A stretch of 32,000 bases of DNA from Candidatus Harpocratesius repetitus (lineage in GTDB: Archaea; Asgardarchaeota; Lokiarchaeia; Sigyniarchaeales; Promethearchaeaceae): contig JAIZWK010000001.1 of the NCBI GenBank assembly GCA_021498095.1, positions 1,680,001 through 1,712,000 of the forward strand, in the 5' to 3' direction. This document shows, one piece after another, positions 9,883-18,497 of this stretch (the first letter of the stretch is position 1; each line of letters starts with the position of its first letter). The notes beneath the pieces were generated by a model. That model saw only the letters and a program-made list of their open reading frames with translations. It ran no database searches and was not told the origin of the DNA. The translations under genes and the position numbers were made by a program.

Positions 9883-10515
9883 TCAGTTGATTTTTATCAC
9901 AGTTACTTTAAAGACCAAGAGTTTATTGTATAGTTGTGGGTTCGAAGGGCCATATCCCAATAATTCATTATTTGTTTCATCTTCAATTCCATCCTGGTTT
10001 TCATCTAATTGCCCTGGAATTTCAAACTTTTTTGTTTGACCTTCTTCCATACCAAGAATTTGGTAGTAAAAACCTCTAATCAATTTTGTTTTTGAAACTT
10101 CAGTATCGAATTGTGAAGGACCTTGATAAGGTGATTCGTTGTTTGTATCTACTTGACCATCTCCATCAAAATCAACCCAAAGAGTATATTCAAGCCTTAC
10201 ATTATCACCAGGTTGAATTCCAGAGGTTATTGTCGGTTCATTATTATTATCATTTGAAAAGTAATCCCCTGGTCCAGGAAGTAAAAGATCAGCAGCCGCT
10301 TTTTCTTCAATGTTCTTATTAACTTGGATTCCTATAACGACCCCAGTAGCGATCAAGATGGTAACGATGGTAAAGATTGCAAATGCTGCGTTTTTTTTAT
10401 GCTTATTGCTACTTAAAAATTCTTCATCATAGTAATGATGAGTTCTAGATTTAGGGTGGGATTGTTTATGTTCAATTTTTTTTGTTGCTTTAATTTGATA
10501 TTTACTTTTTCCCAT
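9883..10515 (-). CDS. Membrane-anchored FKBP-type peptidyl-prolyl cis-trans isomerase
   Basis: Basic N-tail, one TM (AAFAIFTIVTILIATGVVIGI), FKBP motifs GDNVRLEY, LIRGF...LGMEEGQTKKFEIP, GYG, LVFKVTVIKI. Confidence 0.85.
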   Translation of the reverse strand: MGKSKYQIKATKKIEHKQSHPKSRTHHYYDEEFLSSNKHKKNAAFAIFTIVTILIATGVVIGIQVNKNIEEKAAADLLLPGPGDYFSNDNNNEPTITSGIQPGDNVRLEYTLWVDFDGDGQVDTNNESPYQGPSQFDTEVSKTKLIRGFYYQILGMEEGQTKKFEIPGQLDENQDGIEDETNNELLGYGPSNPQLYNKLLVFKVTVIKIN

Positions 10516-10978
10516 GATTATTTCTCACTTTCTACATTAAATTTCCTAAATATTTATTCTTAACTACACATATTATGATAAAATAAAGAGGGGTAAATTT
10601 TAAAATTACTAGAAATGAATGATTAAATATTTTTTTAAGTTACAAATAATCAGATTAGGAAAGATTATTAATTGTAATTTTTCCAATAAATATTATAGGA
10701 TTTTGGAATTTTTCTAATTTTAAACATTTGATTCTAAAAAAATAATACAAAGATTACAGTACTTATATTTTAGTGCAAATATATAAATATGCTATCTCAC
10801 ATATAACTTCATAATGGTTAATATTTCTGAGGAAAATGTGATTATGAAAATTGGAATTTTTCTAATTGCGGAGAGATTTTCTAATTATACTTAAATATTT
10901 TTATTTCTTCAGTATAAGTAACTACTCTTGGAAAAGGAGAATTATATTTACTAACAAAATTAAATTATAATAATAAAA

Positions 10979-11260
10979 ATGAGGGGATTAAGAATATTGG
11001 AGACAACTTTTCAAGAAACAAACCTAAGCCGCCGAAAAATTGCTGATAGGTTACGATTGATCCGTTCCATTACAGAAAATTTTCATAAACATTATATTTT
11101 TCAAGATGGACTACGATTTAATTTCCTTTTTGGATTATACAGCCAAAAACTGGAAAACTTGCTTAATCAATGCGATCAAATTGATGATAAACAATTTCAT
11201 GATAATTTAAATATCTTACGACGTTCTGTCGAAGAGATGCAACCATATATAATAAAATAA
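10979..11260 (+). CDS. Small helical hypothetical protein (93 aa)
   Basis: ATG start, protein-like amphipathic helices, occupies otherwise empty space. No motif recognised. Confidence 0.65.
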   Translation: MRGLRILETTFQETNLSRRKIADRLRLIRSITENFHKHYIFQDGLRFNFLFGLYSQKLENLLNQCDQIDDKQFHDNLNILRRSVEEMQPYIIK

Positions 11261-11566
11261 AAACCCGAGTTATAGCAAAACAAAATTGTGAGATCTGAAA
11301 GTATTTATCCACTATTGGAGAAATATTTGATAGAACTCAACCAACAATCCAACAAATTCCTTTTTTCATTTTTTTCAATTTATTTTTATTTTTTTCAAAT
11401 TATTTTTCATTTTTATGAGGTTCCTGCAACTTCTTTTTTTTTTGACTGAATTACCATTTTAATCTTTCATTTTCCGACAATAATCAAATTTATCCAAGAA
11501 TTATTTCAGTCGGCAAAAATGAACTTTAGAAAATGGAATTATGGGTCGATTTTTGACTATTTTTAA

Positions 11567-12301
11567 TCAAATTTTAGTAGAATTTGATAAAAAAAGTTCA
11601 AGTTTTTCTATTCTTTTTTCTAATACTACCAAACGTGCTTTAATCTTATCTATTTCTGACAATGTTTTCTTATCAAGCAAAATTTTATTATTTAGCGATT
11701 TTGTTTCAATCCTTTTACGATATTCAAAAGGTTTTGGGGTAAATCCTTCACCCATTGGAATTTTAGGCAATGATTTAGATCGTATATGTGCCAACGACCC
11801 TGTAGATTGACCTGAAAGTTCTTCATTTTGTTGTACTAATCCAGGTGAAAGTTCAGCAATTTCTTCTGAAATTACTTCTTGGGTTTGTTGATCTTCTTTT
11901 ACCCATCCACGTGCTTGTGGGCGTTTTATTTGAACATCATCGGGTATTTTTTCTAAGACTTTTTCCATAGATTCAGATTTACCTGCTGATTGACGCATCT
12001 TTTCTTGTTCTTCTTGAGTTCGTAATGCCTTTTGTCGAATAAATCCTACTGTTTTTTGAATCTGATAGGTATTTAAGTTAGGAATTGCTAAAACACTTAA
12101 GATCCAACCAGTAATTTGATTACCTAATGGGATTTCTTCTGGATTAGGAACATCCTTAAATATCTTGCTTGCTAAGACGTCTCTTCCTTTTACTAGTCGA
12201 ATCGTCCAGAAATTATTTATTTTTCCCATTTGGAGTTGATAACTTGAACCTACTATACCTAATTGAGGAGTATAAGGTCTAAAGTCGTTCATTTCACTCA
12301 A
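11567..12301 (-). CDS. Hypothetical protein (244 aa): globular N-domain, low-complexity middle, C-terminal coiled coil
   Basis: Long ORF with natural composition; heptad-like C-terminus EIDKIKARLVVLEKRIEKLE. Confidence 0.8.
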   Translation of the reverse strand: MSEMNDFRPYTPQLGIVGSSYQLQMGKINNFWTIRLVKGRDVLASKIFKDVPNPEEIPLGNQITGWILSVLAIPNLNTYQIQKTVGFIRQKALRTQEEQEKMRQSAGKSESMEKVLEKIPDDVQIKRPQARGWVKEDQQTQEVISEEIAELSPGLVQQNEELSGQSTGSLAHIRSKSLPKIPMGEGFTPKPFEYRKRIETKSLNNKILLDKKTLSEIDKIKARLVVLEKRIEKLELFLSNSTKI

Positions 12302-12418
12302 ACTGAAAACACCATTTCCCTTTTATTTACTTTTATTTAACAACGTATATGATATATAGCTAATACTTTTGATCTATTCTATCTTCTTATTAATTTTTGG
12401 TATTAAAATATTTAAAGA

Positions 12419-14956
12419 ATGTTGCAGCTAATAAAAATAAGTGGTGCCGAAGTGGAAAAATATCGTTTGGAATACCAAAATAAAACTGTTCAAAAAAATT
12501 CCATGATTTTCAATAATATTTCAATCAATAATATGAAAAAAAGGATGGGAATCTACTACACCGCCGATGATTTGGCTTTTCAATTAGTTTATTTTACTTT
12601 AAAAAATCATTTTGCACCAATATTTAATAAAATAAAGCTTGTTAACAAATCTTTAAGAGAAATGTCTAGACATGAGCATAAAGAATTAAAAATACTGCTC
12701 TATACTCAATTTGAGAGAATTTTCGAAACCTCAATATGTGATCCTGCTGTAGGTGCGGGTATCTTTCTGAAACATGCATTTCGATTTCTATATGATTTGT
12801 TTGATAATATATATTCCCTTTGTTCTCTTGTGTGTAACAAAAATAATGCAGTCCCTTCTATTCATCTTCTTTTTACTATCTTTAAATCTGATTCACCTCA
12901 AAATCGTTTGAAATGGGCATATTTAATCATAACAAAAATGCTTTTTGGCGCAGATTTATCTCAAAATGCAATTAAAATAACTGAAAAAACACTTTTATCT
13001 GAATACTCTGCAATTTATGAAGATTTATTAAAAAAAGAAAAGAAAATTAAACAAAAAGAAAAAAAAAATGCACAAGAAGAATTGTTAAAAAAATCGATTT
13101 ATCAACAGCAAAATTCATTTTTTTGGTTGGAACCAGATAAAATATCACCCTTGATTTGTTTAAATCTAATCCACGGAAACAGTATTTGCCCAGTAAATGC
13201 CAATATTAATCCATTTTGTAATATAGCGTTAAAAAAAAATAATTCATCTCTCCAAAAAATCATAAAAATTAGAAATGATCTTCGAAGTTTTGGCATTTTA
13301 GAAAGAGAAAATGGAAATAATTCTACTTCTTTGCGTCAAACAATGGAATCCTTGCAGAATTCATTGATTTACCATAAATCTTTACTTTATTCTCAAATTA
13401 AGAATTATCCCTTTTCAGAATATGAACAAGAACTTCCATTCTCTTGGATCTTAGAATGTCCTGAAATATTTCTTGATTCTAATGGGAAACCTCGCGATAA
13501 TCCAGGATTTAGTATAATTTTATGCAATCCTCCCTGGAAAAATCACCAATTAAATGAAATCGATTTTTTTTCTCAATATTTAAGTACATATAATACAATT
13601 CCTACCAAAGAAAGAAAGTTGAAAAAAAGTGCATTTTTACAAGATCCGGAAGTTTCTAAAGAATATGACACGAAAATTCGCAATTTAAGACAACTAAATC
13701 ATTTTTTCGGGGAAATTTATTCACTACAAGGCGAAAGAAAATTTAATCTCTTTAAACTCTTTTTAGAGAGAAGTTTTCACTTAATGAAAAGAACAGGTTC
13801 TGCAGGTTGGATCACTCCTCTCGGAATATTTGGGGAAGCTCGTGCAACTAATCTTCGAAATTTCTTATTTAAGCATGTTCAAACACTAACAATTATCCCC
13901 TATTTTTCAGATTCTAACCTTTTTCCATCAATCACAAAAGGACAACCATTTTCTGCCTTTTCTTTTATGAGAGGCTCTAAATTATCACATATTTGTCTAG
14001 TTCCATCTGAAAATTCAAGTAATTTAATGTTTATATCTTCAGATTCTGAATCAATTCTTCTTTCTGTCAAATTAATCGAATTAATTAGCCCAAAAATTCG
14101 TCTTGCAGGTCAATGGGTAAAAATGAACTCCATTCCTCTACTTTGTAATAAATCTGAAGTTTCTCTTCTTATGCATCTTAGCCAAAAACCGGTATTTCGT
14201 GATGGATGGCATCTTCAATCTAAGCGGGAACTAAATCGAACTGATGATGAACGAAATGGTCTTTTGCAAAGAAATACCGGAACAATTCCAGTTATTGAAG
14301 GAAAACATTTAGTTCACTATGGATTTTCTTCACAACAAGTGCGTTTTTTCATCAATGATAATGTCAATTATAAAACATACCGACCAATTATTACAAAACC
14401 ACGCATTGTTTGGCGGAATGTTTCAAATATTCGTTTGCAAAGGCGTATGTTTTGTGCTTTACTCCCCCCTAATCATGCAACAGTTAACTCATTAAATTAT
14501 ATTTCAGAAATTTCTTCGGGGCCTTTAAAGCGGCCTGAACTTACAGAGAATGAGCGATTTTTTCTTTTAGGATTGTTGGGATCGTTAATCTGTGAATACC
14601 AAATACGACTTTTCAGCATGAATAATAATTTAAACCAGTATTTGATTGAAAATTTGGCGATACCTCTATATCAAGCCAAAAATCCCATTCATAGGAAATT
14701 TGTAAATACAATTAAAAAGTTTATCCCCGTTGCAAACAGGTGGGCGGATGAAATGGTAAAGAATATTCATAATGCTGCTGTTAAAGCTAAATTGACACAA
14801 AAATATTGGCCTTCAATGGCTAAAATAGATGCATTAACTCTAAAAATCTACAATTTAAATTTAGATGATTTAGCAATAATTCGGGTAAAATTCCCTAAAA
14901 TTGATTCTAAATATTTCTCATATATCATTCAGTGTTTTAACTCAACGATTGCTTGA
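12419..14956 (+). CDS. Eco57I/Type IIG-like N6-adenine DNA methyltransferase with TaqI_C-like target-recognition domain; no nuclease domain
   Basis: GIYYT, motif I CDPAVGAGIFL, FGAD, GNS, PFSWILECPEIF, motif IV CNPPW (gamma-class order), TRD-like KPRIVWRNVSN...RRMFCALLP. True start may be a downstream ATG. Confidence 0.88.
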   Translation: MLQLIKISGAEVEKYRLEYQNKTVQKNSMIFNNISINNMKKRMGIYYTADDLAFQLVYFTLKNHFAPIFNKIKLVNKSLREMSRHEHKELKILLYTQFERIFETSICDPAVGAGIFLKHAFRFLYDLFDNIYSLCSLVCNKNNAVPSIHLLFTIFKSDSPQNRLKWAYLIITKMLFGADLSQNAIKITEKTLLSEYSAIYEDLLKKEKKIKQKEKKNAQEELLKKSIYQQQNSFFWLEPDKISPLICLNLIHGNSICPVNANINPFCNIALKKNNSSLQKIIKIRNDLRSFGILERENGNNSTSLRQTMESLQNSLIYHKSLLYSQIKNYPFSEYEQELPFSWILECPEIFLDSNGKPRDNPGFSIILCNPPWKNHQLNEIDFFSQYLSTYNTIPTKERKLKKSAFLQDPEVSKEYDTKIRNLRQLNHFFGEIYSLQGERKFNLFKLFLERSFHLMKRTGSAGWITPLGIFGEARATNLRNFLFKHVQTLTIIPYFSDSNLFPSITKGQPFSAFSFMRGSKLSHICLVPSENSSNLMFISSDSESILLSVKLIELISPKIRLAGQWVKMNSIPLLCNKSEVSLLMHLSQKPVFRDGWHLQSKRELNRTDDERNGLLQRNTGTIPVIEGKHLVHYGFSSQQVRFFINDNVNYKTYRPIITKPRIVWRNVSNIRLQRRMFCALLPPNHATVNSLNYISEISSGPLKRPELTENERFFLLGLLGSLICEYQIRLFSMNNNLNQYLIENLAIPLYQAKNPIHRKFVNTIKKFIPVANRWADEMVKNIHNAAVKAKLTQKYWPSMAKIDALTLKIYNLNLDDLAIIRVKFPKIDSKYFSYIIQCFNSTIA

Positions 14957-15062
14957 TTAATCAATACTCGCACGATAAATTTTTTATAGTATCAGAGGTT
15001 TAATCTCATGTATTTCAAGCTTTATGCTTAGAATTCTTGAGCAACTGTTGAATAACATTTTA

Positions 15063-15070
15063 TTTAATTA
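15063..15070 (+). promoter_or_regulatory. Putative TATA box of the tRNA gene
   Basis: TTTAATTA about 26-33 nt upstream of the mature tRNA 5' end; weak evidence in an AT-rich background. Confidence 0.35.
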
Positions 15071-15132
15071 AAAATCGCATTATTTTTTCAAATACGCGCC
15101 TGTTGTCTAATGGTGAGGATCTCAGCCTGCCA

Positions 15133-15157
15133 CGTTCGGTTTCAGCCGATCGCAGAA
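15133..15157 (+). other. tRNA intron 1 (25 nt), canonical position 37/38
   Basis: BHB: central helix CTGC (15127-15130) / GCAG (15152-15155), 3-nt bulges CAC and AAC, intron hairpin TCGGT-TTCA-GCCGA. Confidence 0.9.
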
Positions 15158-15178
15158 CGTTGGGGGTCCGGGTTCGAT

Positions 15179-15208
15179 TTGAGTAAAGATTTCCTTTGCT
15201 TTCGAATA
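15179..15208 (+). other. tRNA intron 2 (30 nt), non-canonical position 59/60 in the T-loop
   Basis: BHB-like: central helix TTCG (15173-15176) / CGAA (15203-15206), bulges ATT and TAT, intron stem GAGTAAAG/CTTTGCTT with a T-T mismatch at its base. Confidence 0.82.
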
Positions 15209-15369
15209 TCCCGGCGGGCGCATTGTTTTTTATATTTCTTTGTTGTGCTAAATAGATATTTTTTTTTGATTATTTCAATATCTTCCGCTACTTTTAATAC
15301 TCTAAATACATATCTATATATATAGGAAATTATGCTTTGGTTACACAAAATAATTTAATTTTGATTATA

Positions 15370-17616
15370 ATGAACTTTCACACAAATCAGATCGCAAAAA
15401 TTTCTAAGCATATCATAAAAATTTGGGCTATTTTCACAATTATATGGGTCTTTGGTGAATTTAGTGTTATTTATTCCTTTTCAATATATGAAAATTCTGA
15501 AAGAAGATATTCGTTTAATAATTTTACAGAAAGCATAGAATCAAACAAGATTTTATCTGCTTTAAATTCTTCTACAAATGAAGTTCCTTCGGATAATTCG
15601 ACTTCACTAACTTTAAATGATGGAGAATTAGGGTTTCGATTTATTTTACCTGGAAATATGACAAATTATCAAGATGCGCCTGAAATACAAGTTGAAATTC
15701 AGAATTCAACAATTGTGCAGTATTCAAATTACACTTTGTTTATTAACTTAACTTATCCTATCCATAACATTTATAATTTTAATTTAACTAATACAAACTC
15801 CACTTTCATTCAAATTGCATCAAAAAATGGTTCATTGGCTGTAAAATACTTCAATAGTTTTAATCCTTTAAATAGTGATCATATTTCTTGGATTAATAAC
15901 GAGATTAAAGATTTATGGTTGCTTGCAGGTGATGGTAGTGAAATAATAATAAACGTGGCATCTAATCTTACAACCTTTGTTTATAAATTACAAATAGTGA
16001 AAGATTTGCAGTCACCAATTTGTCAAATGGGCTTTTTCTGGACTGAGAATCGTACTATTATTCCCTTTGATAATTCAACGAATATTTTTAATTCTCCTCC
16101 TGTTTTATCCTTAAACATTACAGATAATGTTGCAAATGAAATTACGGTTAATTACATTGTTAACAACCACTTTCTTTCAGAAAAGATTTATATAAAGAAT
16201 AAATTTGTAAATAATCATATTTTTGCTAATGGGGTATTAAATCTTTCATTATCGAATGCACTAGATAATTGGGAAGGGATTTCTGATGGGAATCTTACAG
16301 GGATCTTCTCATTGATTGATGCCGCGGGAAATCCAAGCGATTGGATTATGTTTTCATTTATTAAGGATACTACATCTCCTGTATTAGATAGTGGAATTCC
16401 TGATCGATCATGGGTAACCATTGGCGATTATGCTTTACAGGACTTGGAAAATCCCATCTATAAAACCATACAGATAAAAGAACGTCCTCATTTCAATGTT
16501 CTCCTTAAGGATCAAGATATAAAATCAGTTGGTTTACAAATTTATTCTAACAGTCTTAATTCCTATTTATCCACTTATGGCTATGATCAGAAATCTAATA
16601 AAAGTTTTTCATGGAATCCTCAAAGTTCTCAGCCTTCAGATTTTATTTATATCTCTGGTTTGAAAAATGGAAGTACATGGCATATTGAAATTCCTGAAGA
16701 TTTATGGAATATGTTTGGAAATGAAAAAGTAAATATGGATTTAGAGATAATTGATTTTGCTGGAAATGTTGCTATTTATTCTTTTTCAATCATGAAATTA
16801 ACAAATTCAGCTGATGAAAGTGAATTCTCTTTATATTTTGTTATAAGTCTTTTGGTTTTTTCATTAGGGGCAATAATGCTATTTATCAGCATTTCATATC
16901 ATGAAATTAAAATAAAACACAAAACATTCGAATCTGAAAAAGATTTTAATAAAATTGATTCTGATTTGTTAGATTTAGTGCTAGAACCTTTAGATCACTT
17001 TAAACTAAATCAAGTTACTGGAATAATAGACAAAGAGGGAAAAGATTGTAATCTTGATGCAATGTTACCTCCAGATGAACAAAATTTTCTAAAAGAATCT
17101 GTTCAGTTGGTCGATTTGAATGAAATACGATTATTATTAACAAGATATCCAATGAAATCTATGGATATTGAAGAATTTATTCGCGAAATGTTATCGCTTT
17201 CTCCAAAAGATAGAAGAGACTTTCTTTTACGCTATATGGAAGATGCTAATGTATTTTCAACTAACAAGTCTATCAAAAAGAACGAAAATACATCTTCAAT
17301 AAACAATTTTTTTGATGTAGTTAACAAAAACAGTGAATATTTTATTGATAAAGAGAAGTATGATAAAAAGAAAGCTTTTTTAAAGATAAAACAGAAATTG
17401 TATAAGAAGAAAAGGAAAGAAAGAGAACAAAGTAAAAATAATTTAATTTATCCATTTACGAGTGAAGATTTTGATCAAATAGACAAAACCAATAATGATA
17501 CTATTCAAGATAATGAACATATGGATTTTGATTCATTTTTAGATGAAATCGAAGAATTAACTGATGAATTATTACAAAATATTGAAAATGAGCAAAAAGA
17601 TCAAAAGGATGAATGA
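15370..17616 (+). CDS. Single-pass membrane protein: about three extracellular Ig-like repeats, TM helix, about 235-aa cytoplasmic domain with acidic tail
   Basis: N-terminal hydrophobic signal, many N-x-S/T sequons, repeats ending W..(L/I).DG...D.AGN / KD..SP. TM at about 16825-16899 (FSLYFVISLLVFSLGAIMLFISISY). ATG 15370 preferred over TTG 15337. Confidence 0.82.
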   Translation: MNFHTNQIAKISKHIIKIWAIFTIIWVFGEFSVIYSFSIYENSERRYSFNNFTESIESNKILSALNSSTNEVPSDNSTSLTLNDGELGFRFILPGNMTNYQDAPEIQVEIQNSTIVQYSNYTLFINLTYPIHNIYNFNLTNTNSTFIQIASKNGSLAVKYFNSFNPLNSDHISWINNEIKDLWLLAGDGSEIIINVASNLTTFVYKLQIVKDLQSPICQMGFFWTENRTIIPFDNSTNIFNSPPVLSLNITDNVANEITVNYIVNNHFLSEKIYIKNKFVNNHIFANGVLNLSLSNALDNWEGISDGNLTGIFSLIDAAGNPSDWIMFSFIKDTTSPVLDSGIPDRSWVTIGDYALQDLENPIYKTIQIKERPHFNVLLKDQDIKSVGLQIYSNSLNSYLSTYGYDQKSNKSFSWNPQSSQPSDFIYISGLKNGSTWHIEIPEDLWNMFGNEKVNMDLEIIDFAGNVAIYSFSIMKLTNSADESEFSLYFVISLLVFSLGAIMLFISISYHEIKIKHKTFESEKDFNKIDSDLLDLVLEPLDHFKLNQVTGIIDKEGKDCNLDAMLPPDEQNFLKESVQLVDLNEIRLLLTRYPMKSMDIEEFIREMLSLSPKDRRDFLLRYMEDANVFSTNKSIKKNENTSSINNFFDVVNKNSEYFIDKEKYDKKKAFLKIKQKLYKKKRKEREQSKNNLIYPFTSEDFDQIDKTNNDTIQDNEHMDFDSFLDEIEELTDELLQNIENEQKDQKDE

Positions 17617-17724
17617 ATTTTAAGTTTTTTCGTATGAAACAAATTGAATAAATTGTTATTATGTAAAATAAAACAAAAAAATGAAAGATAGGTTAAAACA
17701 TATCGAAATGATGGAGGATAATGA

Positions 17725-18423
17725 ATGAAACTTGAACCTTTAACAAAAATTGAATTAGAAGTATATACTGCAATCAAGGAATTATTGAAAAATCATAGAC
17801 AATTTAAGTTGCAAGAAATCTTACCAAAATGCTATAAATTGCTAAATCCTCCATATAAAAATTCTGAAATTTCGAAAGCTATTAACGGTTTAAGTCAGAA
17901 AAGATATATTATTAAGGGGACATCCCTAACACACGAAGATATTCTTCAGAATGCTGTTAGAAAGCGAATTTTAACCTATATTCAAATTAATCCAGGTGCT
18001 TATAATCGAAAAATACGAAGAGATTGTTCACTCGGTTCAAATGAATTTAAATGGCATTTAGGAATGCTAATAAAGTTTGGTTTTATCAAAAAAATTCAAT
18101 TTACTGCAAGATCTTATGGTTATTTCGAAAATCGAGATTATATGGGTCATGAAAAAGATCTTTTCTTACTTCAGAATGAGAAAGTTTCTCAAATAATCAA
18201 TTATCTCTCTGAAAAATCCGGTTCAATTTCAAATATTGCACGAGATTTAGATATTCATTATAATACAATACAGAAATACGTTTCTCTTTTAGAAGAGCGA
18301 GATCTTATTCATAGTTATGAAAATGATGATATTACTTATTTTAAAGTTAATGAAGAATTATTAATTCGATTGAAAAAGATTGTAAACGGGCAAGTTTTTG
18401 TTGATTTTGCATCAAAATACTGA
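17725..18423 (+). CDS. Transcriptional regulator with three winged-HTH modules (COG3398-like tandem HTH plus an extra N-terminal wHTH)
   Basis: ILTYIQINPGAYNRKIRRDCSLGSNEFKWHLGMLIKFGFIK and IINYLSEKSGSISNIARDLDIHYNTIQKYVSLLEERDLI, plus an N-terminal wHTH-like block. GGAGG SD at 17713-17717. Confidence 0.85.
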   Translation: MKLEPLTKIELEVYTAIKELLKNHRQFKLQEILPKCYKLLNPPYKNSEISKAINGLSQKRYIIKGTSLTHEDILQNAVRKRILTYIQINPGAYNRKIRRDCSLGSNEFKWHLGMLIKFGFIKKIQFTARSYGYFENRDYMGHEKDLFLLQNEKVSQIINYLSEKSGSISNIARDLDIHYNTIQKYVSLLEERDLIHSYENDDITYFKVNEELLIRLKKIVNGQVFVDFASKY

Positions 18424-18497
18424 TTTTTTCAAAAAAAAGATAATTAAGAAAAGAGAAACAAAAAACATTTAAAATTTTTAAAATCAAAAAAATAATT

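Larger units (their letters stand above)
15096..15222 (+). tRNA. tRNA-Gly(GCC) with two introns; exons 15096-15132, 15158-15178, 15209-15222; CCA not encoded
   Basis: Spliced 72-mer folds as a cloverleaf: acceptor GCGCCTG/CGGGCGC + discriminator A, D-arm GTCT/GGAT, anticodon stem TCAGC/GTTGG with loop CT-GCC-AC, 4-nt variable loop, T-stem CCGGG/CCCGG with loop TTCGATT. T-rich tract follows. Confidence 0.93.

Noticed and set aside
10814-10894. 26-codon ORF MVNISEENVIMKIGIFLIAERFSNYT
   Set aside because: Too short, no clear SD, and it overlaps the intergenic repeats; no evidence of coding.
11361-11415. Imperfect T-rich tandem pattern between convergent genes
   Set aside because: Low-complexity T-tracts consistent with an ordinary terminator zone; no defined unit or spacers, so not a CRISPR.
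12419-14956. Interpretation as BREX PglX or DISARM methylase within a defence island
   Set aside because: No pglZ, brxC, drm, helicase or nuclease genes nearby, and the protein is shorter than a typical PglX.
15110-15348. ORFs 15110-15325 (+) and 15142-15348 (-)
   Set aside because: They overlap the tRNA-Gly gene and have no protein-like features; spurious.
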